A stretch of 64,000 nt of DNA from an uncultured delta proteobacterium (GTDB taxonomy: Bacteria > Myxococcota > Kuafuiibacteriia > Kuafuiibacteriales > Kuafuiibacteriaceae), in NCBI GenBank assembly GCA_963803435.1, contig CAWDML010000005.1, forward strand, positions 192,001-256,000, in the 5' to 3' direction. The position numbers and the translations under genes were made by a program. Of this stretch, positions 53,868 to 63,600 are shown one piece after another (the first letter of the stretch is position 1; each line of letters begins with the position of its first letter). The notes beneath the pieces were generated by a model. The model was not told the DNA's origin and searched no databases. It saw only the letters and a program-made list of their open reading frames with translations.

Positions 53868-54416
53868 TCAGTTCGAACAGGGCGCGCCGAGGGCGACCCA
53901 CTCGTTCATCAGCGCCACCAGCGCCTCGTGGGTGATCGGGGGCGGCGTGCGCTCGCCGCCCGGATCGAACGCCCACAGCACCAGCGGATCCGTGTCCACG
54001 TGGTGGACGAGCTCCTCGAGAGAGCGTTGGCCGTTCTGCGCGGGATCCTGGAGGTCGGCGCAGAGCGCAGCCTCGGTCTTGCCCTGGAAGACCATCGGCG
54101 TAGCCGCAGGCGGCATGCGCCAGTGGGGCGCGCCGGGTGGCAGGTGGGCGCCGGGAAGCGCGCGGTCCTGGTGGCAGCTCGTGCAGCTGCCGCCGAGACT
54201 CTCGAAGATGCGTTTGATGTTCTGGTCGTGCGGCCGCGACTCGTCCCCCTGGAGCGGCGCATCGCCGGCCGGGTGGCAGTTCATGCAGCGCGGCGACTGG
54301 AGCACGCGAGCGATCTCGGGAAACGGATCGGCGGCCGTCTGTGACCGCGCCGGGCGCTGCCCCAGCACGCCGGCCACCAGAAGCACGACGAAGGCGATAC
54401 GAGCCGGCGTTCTCAC
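53868..54416 (-). CDS. Exported di-haem cytochrome c associated with iorAB
   Basis: Signal peptide; CMNCH and CTSCH. Confidence 0.85.
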   Translation of the reverse strand: MRTPARIAFVVLLVAGVLGQRPARSQTAADPFPEIARVLQSPRCMNCHPAGDAPLQGDESRPHDQNIKRIFESLGGSCTSCHQDRALPGAHLPPGAPHWRMPPAATPMVFQGKTEAALCADLQDPAQNGQRSLEELVHHVDTDPLVLWAFDPGGERTPPPITHEALVALMNEWVALGAPCSN

Positions 54417-54454
54417 GAGATGGACCCCCTTTTCCCGAGCGCGTTCATCAACGA

Positions 54455-54494
54455 TTTGGTAGATGTACCAAACGGATTTGGTACTGCTACCAAA
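54455..54494. promoter_or_regulatory. Two tandem palindromic operators TTTGGTA-N4-TACCAAA
   Basis: 54455-54472 and 54477-54494; perfect 7-bp arms; 22 bp apart; ~40 bp upstream of the cytochrome-iorAB operon. Confidence 0.8.
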
Positions 54495-55260
54495 ACACGA
54501 GAACGGGCGTCAATACGCTCTCGGGAGAGCGGACGATCAGGGCCGACTCGCGTCCGAACAGCCTCTCAACGGCACCAGACTGTGGGATCAGCTTCGATTT
54601 CGGTTGAAGATATTGACCTTGGTGAAGTTGTCGTCGCGCGCCTGAGGCCATCTCCGGCGTCGGAGCCTTTGGGAGCTGATCGCGGAGCGCCTCGACGGTA
54701 ACCGGCGCCTCCGGCTGAGCGAACGGATCGAGCCCGGTGTTTGCGGGCTGGTCTCGCGTCGTGGGTTCGGTCCCGCCGAGCAGCGGTGCGCTTCGATCGG
54801 GGCCGCCGCCGAGCTTTTGGACCATGCGACTTCCACTGATCAATGACCGTACCAGCCACGATCCCTCGGCCGATTCGCTTCGGTGCCAGGTTGAGTCAAC
54901 AGGACTGCCCAATGGCGCCACCGGATCGACCTGGATAGGCGGCAGCTCGCGGGGATCGTTCGAACGTGTCAACAGCGGTTCGCGTTCAGCGCGAGCGCGC
55001 GCGCGTAGCGGCACGGTTTCTCTGGCCTGAGCGGATCGACTGCAACCTATCCTGCATTTCCGGATCGGATCGAGGCCTCGCGTGACAACATCGAGGCACG
55101 CACTCTCGAGCTCGGATCGCGCGCCCGTGCCAAGAGATAGTATTGACTTTGAATCTGACCTGCCCTACTTTCCCGGCCCTCTCCCTGGGATGCTGTCGTG
55201 AGTTTAGAAGTTACAAAGTTGAGGCGACTTGCCCTAGGAATTCCTATCCCTGTGGACGCC

Positions 55261-56277
55261 GTGACCACACATGAGTCGACGCGGGCCGCACTCGGCAGCT
55301 GTGAGTATGCGCGGATCGCGGAGTGTGTGAATGGCTTCGCCCTGAGCCACGCGCTTTTCACCTTCGCGCACTCGCGGCTGCTCGAAACTCTCCGGGCCGA
55401 TGGCGAGATCGCCGTGCGGAGAGCCGCGGAGCAGCACGGTTACGACGTGGAGATGGCCATCGGGCTCCTGCGGTATCTCGCGACCCAGGGCCTCCTCGTC
55501 GAGGCCAACGATCACGTGTTCTACGCCTCTCCGCGAGGGGACGCGGCGTTCTCGACAGCGAGCGTCGCTCTGATCACGTTCTTCGTCGGCGGCTACGGTC
55601 CGCTGATGCGGGACGCCGGAAAGCTCCTCGACGGCTCACTGAAGTACGGCCGAGACGTGACGCGCTCGAGCCGATTCGTCGCCCTGGGCTCGAGCATCTC
55701 CACCTCCGAGATCATCGACGACGTCCCGAGGACGGTCCTTCAGATGCTCGGCGTCAAGACGATCGCCGACCTCGGCTGCGGCGCAGGGCGGTTCATGGTC
55801 AGCTTCCTCCAGCAATCGCCCGAACACCGAGCGATCGGCGTCGACATTTCCGAGGAGGCGATCGCCGAGGCTGCGGCGGCCTGCGAAGCGGCGGGCGTCG
55901 GCGATCGCGCGTCGTTCTGGCGCGGAGACGGGTTCGACCTCGATTTCCTGCGAAGCCGATGCTCCGAGGTCGACGCCTTCTACTCGTTCGCGATGGAGCA
56001 CGAGTGCTTGCGAGCCGGTGAGGATGCGGTGATCCAGCATATCGACGGGATGGCGGAGCGCTTCCCGGGGAAACGTTATCTGCTCGGAGAACCACGCTTG
56101 CTGATGAGTGAGCTCGGCGGTCCTTTCTATTGGCTGCATATGCTCTCCGAGCAAGGACTACCTCGAGATGTCCCGGGCTGGTGCTCGCTACTCTCGAAAC
56201 TAACTCGAGCAAAGCTCGAGCATGTCTATGTACCCGACCATCGCAGTTGGGGCATGTATTACAACATCCAACTTTAA
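55261..56277 (+). CDS. SAM-dependent methyltransferase with N-terminal dimerisation domain (MrsA/MppJ-like)
   Basis: DLGCGAG, GVDIS, GDGF; N-terminal wHTH-like LRYLATQGLL; start uncertain (55198/55261). Confidence 0.8.
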   Translation: MTTHESTRAALGSCEYARIAECVNGFALSHALFTFAHSRLLETLRADGEIAVRRAAEQHGYDVEMAIGLLRYLATQGLLVEANDHVFYASPRGDAAFSTASVALITFFVGGYGPLMRDAGKLLDGSLKYGRDVTRSSRFVALGSSISTSEIIDDVPRTVLQMLGVKTIADLGCGAGRFMVSFLQQSPEHRAIGVDISEEAIAEAAAACEAAGVGDRASFWRGDGFDLDFLRSRCSEVDAFYSFAMEHECLRAGEDAVIQHIDGMAERFPGKRYLLGEPRLLMSELGGPFYWLHMLSEQGLPRDVPGWCSLLSKLTRAKLEHVYVPDHRSWGMYYNIQL

Positions 56278-56301
56278 CGACTTCTCGGTGGGGTGTCGTG
56301 C

Positions 56302-57426
56302 ATGACGGTCAATACAGAATCGAGCGAGCTTTCCAGAACCACGGTTGCTGAAGCAGAGGCGTTGGAGCGAGAGTTCGCGAGGCTCCACATCTATCCGCTG
56401 TGGATGTATCCGGACCAGCTCGCCGAGGCTCCCAACGCCCGCGCGGTCCCCCACATCTGGCGTTATGAGGAGTTCATTCCCAAGATCAAACGTCTCGTCG
56501 AGCTCCATGCTGACCGGGGATGGGCTGGCAAGCGGCGACCCTTCATGCTCCTGAATCCCGGGCTCCCCGAGCAACCCTTCGCCACCACCGACACGCTCTC
56601 TGCGACGATCCATGTGCTCCAGCGCGGTTCCATCGGGGTTGCGCACCGTCATACGTATCGCGCGATCCGCTTCATCATCGAGGGCAAGGGGACAGTCAGC
56701 CAGACCAACAGCGGAGACCGCCTCTTCGTGGAGAAAGGCGATCTGTTGATCGATCCGGCGTGGGAGCCGCACGACCAGGTCCACCACGACAGACCCGGTG
56801 ACCAGGACATCTACTGGATGGACGCAACCGATGGCCCGATGGTGATCAACTTCGGCGTCTTCTTCTTCCAGAACATGCCGAACGAGCTCCTGAAGATAAA
56901 GGGCGAGGACATCTCGGTTCGCCGGTACGGAAACGGCCTGCTCAGGCCGGCCGCGGAGAAGCACGACCGCGTTGGATCCACCCCAGTGTGGAAGTATCGC
57001 TGGGAGCACACCATCAACGCGCTGGAGAACTTGGCGGAGATGGACAGCGGCACGCCGTACGACGACATCATCGTCGAGTACAACAATCCGATGACCGGTG
57101 GACCCGTGCATGTGACCTTCTCTTGCTTGATGCAGATGCTGAGACCGGGCTGTCACACCAAGGCCCATCGCCACGTGGCGAGCGCCGTCTATCAGGTGGT
57201 GCAGGGCAAGGGCGCAACCGTGATGAACGGGAAGAAGTTCTCCTGGAAAGCCGGGGACTACCTCGCGCTCCCCGCGTGGACGTGGCACGAGCACATGAAC
57301 CTCGGCGAGGAGCCGGCGCTCCTCTTCTCCATCAGCGATCAACCGGTCATGGAGATGCTCGGCTACTACAAGGAGCAGAGCTTCCCGGAGAACGACGGCC
57401 ACCAGCCGATCATCGAGTCGGTCTGA
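56302..57426 (+). CDS. Bicupin ring-cleavage dioxygenase (gentisate 1,2-dioxygenase-like)
   Basis: L.NPGL, HRHT..AIRFIIEG.G, YNNP.TGG, HRH..SAVY.V..G.G, W.WHEH. Confidence 0.85.
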   Translation: MTVNTESSELSRTTVAEAEALEREFARLHIYPLWMYPDQLAEAPNARAVPHIWRYEEFIPKIKRLVELHADRGWAGKRRPFMLLNPGLPEQPFATTDTLSATIHVLQRGSIGVAHRHTYRAIRFIIEGKGTVSQTNSGDRLFVEKGDLLIDPAWEPHDQVHHDRPGDQDIYWMDATDGPMVINFGVFFFQNMPNELLKIKGEDISVRRYGNGLLRPAAEKHDRVGSTPVWKYRWEHTINALENLAEMDSGTPYDDIIVEYNNPMTGGPVHVTFSCLMQMLRPGCHTKAHRHVASAVYQVVQGKGATVMNGKKFSWKAGDYLALPAWTWHEHMNLGEEPALLFSISDQPVMEMLGYYKEQSFPENDGHQPIIESV

Positions 57427-57499
57427 GCGACGATCTCGAGTCTGCAGCCTCTTCGAGCTCCGTCCCCGAACCCGTGGCCGGCCTGGCGCGACGGTGCGG

Positions 57500-58318
57500 C
57501 TACGCCACCGGAACGAAGACCCGAAAGAGGCGCCCTTCGGGATCGGGGTGGCCGCCGAAGTTGGTGCCCCACCCGCCGGTGGTTTGGCTCCGGTTGTCGT
57601 AGGAGAGCTCGGTACCGTCGCCCTTGGCGATGGCGATGTGGCCGTGCTCCCGGACGCCGCCCGATCAATCGCCGGCGACGCCGCCCCAGACCACGACCGC
57701 GCCGCGCGGCAGTTGTTGGAGCTGATCGCGCGAGACCGAGACCTCCTGGAAGCTCGAGCTGTTGGCGAGGTAGTCGGCCCACTGGTGAGCGCTGCGAAAG
57801 GCGACGTTGCCCGGCACCAGCCCGGCGGCCGCCAGGGCCTGCCGGACGTAGGTGGCGCACTTGCCCTTGTCGCTCGGCTTGAGCCGCTCCTCCGCGATCG
57901 CGGCCAGTCGATCGCCGCTGCCTCCGCTGGGGACGCCGGCGAGCGGCGCTGGGGGAGCGGTCGAGGCGGGCGATCTCTCGGGGTTCGTCGCCTGCGCCCC
58001 ATGGGGTCGGCCCCCGCTCGAGACGCCCTGGGGCGTCCCGGGCGAGCGGCCGAGCCTCCCCAGCGGGCGTCCCGGGCGCCGGTCCTGCTGCTCCTCCGCC
58101 CACATGACCAGCAGCGCCATCAGATCGGCGCTCGTCAGCTCGCTGAAGCTCGGCGATCCGAACCGCTGCAGCAGATCGCCGAGCTCGGGCGGCGGCGCCG
58201 GAGATCCGATCAGGTCGAGCTCGCTGGTCGGTGGGCGTGGCTCATCGAGCGACGGCGCCTCGAGCGCGAGCATCATCATCCGGAGCTCGTTGGGAGCGAA
58301 CAGGTCGACTCGAGTCAT
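57500..58318 (-). CDS. NlpC/P60-CHAP-like amidase with helical N-terminal leader; in-frame TGA at 57665-57667
   Basis: KCATYVRQAL..AG, LPRGAVVVW, then in frame after TGA HGHIAIA.GDG...RVFVPV*. Confidence 0.7.
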
Positions 58319-58371
58319 CTCGAGAAGACGATGCGGGCACGAGCATCCCTGGCGCAGTTACCGGTCGGCCG

Positions 58372-58410
58372 TAACCGTCCGCCGCGTCCGATTTAACCGG
58401 CATTTAACCG
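58372..58410. promoter_or_regulatory. Phased direct repeats (ATT)TAACCG with 11-bp periodicity
   Basis: TAACCG at 58372, 58394, 58405; ATTTAACCG duplicated at 58391 and 58402. Confidence 0.55.
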
Positions 58411-58452
58411 ATCGCCAGCCGCGATCCGCGGCCACCTGATCGACCGTCGGAA

Positions 58453-60474
58453 TCAGGTCCCTCCACCGAGCGGGAGCACCAGAGTGAAGGTTGCCCCTTG
58501 GCCGGGCACGCTGGTGGCGCGGATCTCACCGTTGTGAGTCTGCATGATCTGATAGCAGATCGAGAGCCCAAGACCGGTTCCGACGCGGACGCCCTTGGTG
58601 GTGAAGCCGGGGTCGAAGATCCGCCCCAGGCTCTCCGGAGGAATACCGATGCCGGTGTCGCTGATGGTGACGTGGGCCGCGCCGCTCTCGACCGAGGTGC
58701 GGATCGTGATGGTCCCCTTCTCAGGAATCGCCTGGGCGGCGTTCATCAAGAGATTGAGGAACACCTGGTTGAGCTGTCCAGGGTGGCAGGTGACCTCGGG
58801 GAGCGCGCCATAGTCTTTGACGACGGTGATGCGACCTTTGATTTGATGTTGGATCAGGATCAGCGAGTCCTCGAGACCTTGATGCAGGTCGACGCTTTTC
58901 AGCTCGGCTTCGTCGAGGCGAGCAAACGAACGGAGGCGGCGCACCAAGGTGGTCACGCGCTCACCGCCGGTGGCGATCACCTTGTTCGCGTCGACGATGA
59001 CCCGGAGCATTGCGTCGACCTTGGGGCGGGCCACGACCTCGGGGCCGAGCTCTTTGCGGAGCTTCTGGTCGACCCGGGCCAGCGAGTCGCGAAGGCCGAA
59101 GATCGCACCGATCGGTGTGTTGATCTCGTGGGCGATTCCGGCGACGAGCTGGCCCAGCGAAGCCATCTTCTCTGATTGTATCAGCTGGGCCTGGGTGTCC
59201 TTGACCTGGCGATGAGCGACCTCGAGCTCCGCGAGCAGCTGCTCGTTACGCGAAACTCGCAGGGCCAGGTAGACCGACGAGCACGCGAGCAGGACCCAAA
59301 ACCCGGTCATCCAGAGGAAGTCGGGGGCCACGAGTGACGGCACGACGTTCAACGACTGAAGTGCGTCCCCGATCCCGGTCGCGACCGAGGCGGCACCGCC
59401 GATCCCGATCAGCCAGGCGCCACTTACACGCCGCACGATCGCAGCGACGATCACGCGGAGCTGCTCGGCCAAGGCCGCGATGGCAAACAAGAGGATCGCC
59501 GCGTCTCCGACGCGGTTGTTGAGCACAACCAACAGCGCGGCCGCCGCCACGAAGCCCCAGAATTGCCACGGCGTCCTCCGCTCGAAGATCTCGTAGAAAA
59601 AGCGCAGCCCGAAGAGCGCCATGCAGGTGATGGCGGCGGCTGAGATCATCCCGAAGGACGCCATTCCGTCGATGGTCTGGGCGTCGTCTTGAAGATACGA
59701 GGACAGGGGCGACACGCCCATCGCCAAGGCCAGGAGCGCGAAGAACAGATGCCCTCGCTCCTTGCGCTGAAAGGCGTAGAGAAAGGCGTGAAGCAGCGCG
59801 AGGATCAGCGCGCTGCCGGCGAAGAACATGGCCGCGGAGTCGGCGCGGCGCAGGCGAGCGCTCATGATCGCGATCGAGCGTCGATCGCCGGCGAGGAGCG
59901 TGAAGCCGGGTTCCTCACCGGCTTGATGAAACCGCTCGGCATCGGGGGACGTGATCGCGGTCCGAATCGCATAGACATGCCGGCCGGGCGTTCGGAGCTC
60001 GATGTTCTGGGCGGGTAGGGCTCTCAGGTGGACGTCGGTGCGCACGTCGTCGACCGCAGCGGTGACATCACCGAGGCGCGCCCGTAGCACGCCGTCTTCG
60101 TAGAGCTCGGTGGCGAGCTGGGTGGTCAGGGCGAGGTGCTCACCCCTCGCGATCACCTCGGGCGCGACGTCCAGAGCCACCCGGAACCAGCCCTGACGGT
60201 AGGGTCTGGGCATCAACACGCCGCGGTCGCCGCCGACAATCTGCCAGTGCGAGTCGTCGAAGCCCGGCGACGCGAACGCCGGCTGGTCACCCTCGTGAAA
60301 GCGCCACTCGCCGGAGATCACCGTGTAGCCCATGTGCACCCGGGGCGTCGTGCTCGTGAGCGCAAAGGGCGTCGCGGCAGCCAAGACCAGGCCGAGCGCA
60401 GTCAGCACGCTGCGAGCCCTATCACCGAGGCTCCGAGCCTGCCACTGCTTGAACTTGCCCCGGCCCTTGCCCAC
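58453..60474 (-). CDS. Sensor histidine kinase with sugar-binding-like periplasmic domain and 7TM-DISM-type membrane region
   Basis: WRFHEGD..FASP.FDDS.W; multiple TMs; H-box AHEINTP; N-box NLLMNA; DTG.G, FTTK, GTGLGL; start uncertain (60474/60408). Confidence 0.88.
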   Translation of the reverse strand: MGKGRGKFKQWQARSLGDRARSVLTALGLVLAAATPFALTSTTPRVHMGYTVISGEWRFHEGDQPAFASPGFDDSHWQIVGGDRGVLMPRPYRQGWFRVALDVAPEVIARGEHLALTTQLATELYEDGVLRARLGDVTAAVDDVRTDVHLRALPAQNIELRTPGRHVYAIRTAITSPDAERFHQAGEEPGFTLLAGDRRSIAIMSARLRRADSAAMFFAGSALILALLHAFLYAFQRKERGHLFFALLALAMGVSPLSSYLQDDAQTIDGMASFGMISAAAITCMALFGLRFFYEIFERRTPWQFWGFVAAAALLVVLNNRVGDAAILLFAIAALAEQLRVIVAAIVRRVSGAWLIGIGGAASVATGIGDALQSLNVVPSLVAPDFLWMTGFWVLLACSSVYLALRVSRNEQLLAELEVAHRQVKDTQAQLIQSEKMASLGQLVAGIAHEINTPIGAIFGLRDSLARVDQKLRKELGPEVVARPKVDAMLRVIVDANKVIATGGERVTTLVRRLRSFARLDEAELKSVDLHQGLEDSLILIQHQIKGRITVVKDYGALPEVTCHPGQLNQVFLNLLMNAAQAIPEKGTITIRTSVESGAAHVTISDTGIGIPPESLGRIFDPGFTTKGVRVGTGLGLSICYQIMQTHNGEIRATSVPGQGATFTLVLPLGGGT

Positions 60475-60654
60475 AGAGCGACGATCCGGATCGAGCTCAG
60501 CGGTCAAATCGCACCGTCGACGCGTGGAGCTTGGGCTGTTGGGTGCCGTGCTTTCCGCTCTGAGCCGGAAGCCTGGGAGCGCGGTCCTGGTGCGAGGGCC
60601 TACAGCCGAAAACTTGAGTCGTACACTCGAGCGGTGCGATTGTCCGCGCACCGT

Positions 60655-63600
60655 GTGACGAGCCCGCGCGCCCACCCTGTCGTTCCTCTCTTCGTGGTGT
60701 GCGTCCTTCTGTGGGCACCACTCGAAGCGAGGGCCGATCCATTCGGTCCCTCCATGGTGGTCAACACGAACGCCGGCTTCGACGTCGGGGCGGACTTCTC
60801 CCCCGAGATCGCCATCGACGGGCTCGATACGCTCGTCGCCGTCTGGACCTCCACCGACGCGCTGGGCGGTCCGCTCGGCACCGACGCCGACGTCCTCTAC
60901 GCACGCTCGCCGGACCGCGGTCTGACGTGGTCCGCACCTGCACCCTTGAGCCTGGGCGCCTTCTCGGACACCGCGGACGACCGCAACCCGACGATCGCGA
61001 CCGATGGCGCCGGCACCTACGTCGTCGTCTGGGAGTCGACGGATCCGATGGGTGGAGCGATCGGGAGCGATCGCGATCTCCTCTTCGTTCGATCCACCGA
61101 CTTTGGCGTGACCTGGAGCCCGGCGCAGCCGCTCAACACCAACGCTGCGGTGGACTCCGGCGACGATCTCGCGCCCCGGATCGCCACCGATCGGGCCGGA
61201 GGCTGGATGGTCGTCTGGGCCTCGACCGACCCGCTCGGCGGCGCCCTCGGCTCGGACTCCGACATCCTGATGTCGCTCTCCGTGGACATGGGCGCCACCT
61301 GGTCGCCTCCAGCGTCGATCGCTTCGAACGCAGCCACGGACAGCGGCGCGGACACGAAGCCGGTCGTCGCCTCGGACGAGCCCGGCGCGTGGATCGTGGC
61401 CTGGACGTCGGACGATCCGCTCGGCGGCGCTCTCGGGACCGATACCGACATCCTCTTCGCCCGCTCGACCGACCGGGGCACGACCTGGTCCGCCGTCGCG
61501 CCGCTCAACCAGAACGCCGCCACCGACACGGGCAACGACGATGCGGTCAATCTCGCCGCCAACGGCGCAGGCCGCTGGGTGGCCGTGTGGCAATCCTTCG
61601 AGCCGCTGCCTTGGGGGCCGGACGGTGACATCCTGGTCGCCCGCTCCGCGAACGATGGCGCCGCCTGGACCGCCCCGAACGCGCTCTACTCCTTCTCCCT
61701 GATCGAGCTCGGCGACGAGTTCGATCCGCGCATCGTCACCGACCGGGCTGGCACATGGATGGTCGTCTGGTGGCGCGAGGACTCGCTCCCCGGCTCGTCG
61801 AGCAGCGACGTCGACGTGCTGCTGGCGCAGTCCACCAACAACGGCTCCACCTGGATCGGACCGGAGCCGATCAACCTGGACGCGATCAGCGACAGCGGCA
61901 GCGACCACCACCCGGTGATCGGCACGAACCGGGTCGGTGACTGGGTGGCCGTCTGGTCGTCGGACGAATCGCTGGGCGGGACCGTCGGGACCGACCTCGA
62001 CATCTTCATCGCGCTCCAGATCTGCGGTGACGGCGTCCGGCGAAACACCGAGCAGTGCGACGACGGCAACACGCTCGACGGCGATTGCTGTAGCTCCACG
62101 TGTCAGCTCGTCGCGAGTGGGACGCTGTGCCGGGCCGCAGCCGGGCTCTGCGACGTTCCGGAGACCTGCGACGGGGTCTCTGGGCTTTGTCCCGCCGACG
62201 GCGTCGCGGCGGCCGCTGCGGTCTGCCGGCCGGCCGCAGGCGCCTGCGACCTGGCCGAGGTCTGTGACGGGATCACCGTCGGATGCCCGGCGGACAGCGT
62301 GCTCCCGGACGGAGTCGCCTGCCTCGACGGCGCCACCTGCAACGGCTCCGAGCGCTGCTCGAACGGCGTGTGCGTGCTCGGATCTCCGCTGTCGTGCGAC
62401 GACGGTGACGCGTGCACCGCCGACGCGTGCTTCGAGCCGGGCGGGTGCGGCGCCTCGCCGATCTCGGGCTGCTGCTCCGACGACTCCGACTGCGACGACG
62501 CGAACGCGTGCACCACGAACGTCTGCTCGGGGCCGGGCGGGACCTGCTCGCTGTCGACGATCGCTGGGTGCTGTAACAACGCTGGCGATTGTGACGACGG
62601 CGATCCATGCACCGTCGAGGTCTGCAGCGGACCCGGCGGCACCTGCAGCTCGAGCCTCATCACCGGGTGCTGTCTCGCCGACGCCGAGTGCGACGACGGC
62701 TCGGACTGCACGACCGACGCCTGCGACCCGACCCAGAACACCTGTGTGTTCCAACCGATCGCCGGTTGCTGCACCGACGACGCCGACTGTGACGACTCGA
62801 ACGGATGCACCATCGACTCGTGCGACCTCTCCACTGGAACCTGCGTGCGAGCGCCGGTCGGCGGTTGCTGTGTCTCCAACGCGGATTGCGACGACGGCGA
62901 TCCGTGCACGATGGAGCAGTGTCTCTTCAGCACCTGCACTTCCACGGTGGTGGCCGGTTGCTGCGCGGTCGACGCCGAGTGTGGGAGCGGATCGCTCTGC
63001 CGGGTCGATCAGTGCAGCCCGCTCACGAACCGCTGCCAGGAGCTCGTCGTCGCGGGGTGCTGCACGACGGACGCCGACTGCGATCCGCTCACCGGTTGCA
63101 ACGCCATGACGTGCGACGCGCCCTCCAGCACCTGCGTGCCCGCCGTCGTCGCCGGCTGCTGCACGTTCGACAGCGAGTGCGACGATCTCGATCCCTGCAC
63201 CTTCGACACCTGCGACGCGACCGCCTGCCGGCACGAGGCCATCCCGGATTGCCCGGCGCCCGCGCCCGACGGCGGGACGGACGCAGGCCTCGACGCGGGC
63301 CTCGACGCCACCGACGACGCCGGCGGCCCCGACGGCGCGGACGTTGGGACGCCCGAGGACGCCGGAGCGAGCCCCGACGCCGCCGAGGCTCCCGACGCAG
63401 GGCGTGCCGCGCCCGACGCGACGCCCGACGCCGGAGGCTTCGTCCTGGACGACGACAGCTGCGAGTGTTCCTCGACCTCGAGCCGCGCGACGTCGCCGGC
63501 GTGGTCGCTGCTGGGCTTCCTCGCGGTCGCACTGCTCGCGAGGCGGCGGAGATCGCCCCGCCGTCCCGCCCGCTGGCCGGCCGTCGGGATCGCGCTGATC

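Noticed and set aside
54500-55200. IS element or ncRNA in the long intergenic stretch
   Set aside because: No transposase motif, terminal inverted repeats or recognisable RNA structure; short ORFs are not protein-like
62300-63240. Repetitive DNA as a CRISPR-like or non-coding array
   Set aside because: Degenerate in-frame Cys-rich protein repeats; no identical repeat-spacer structure
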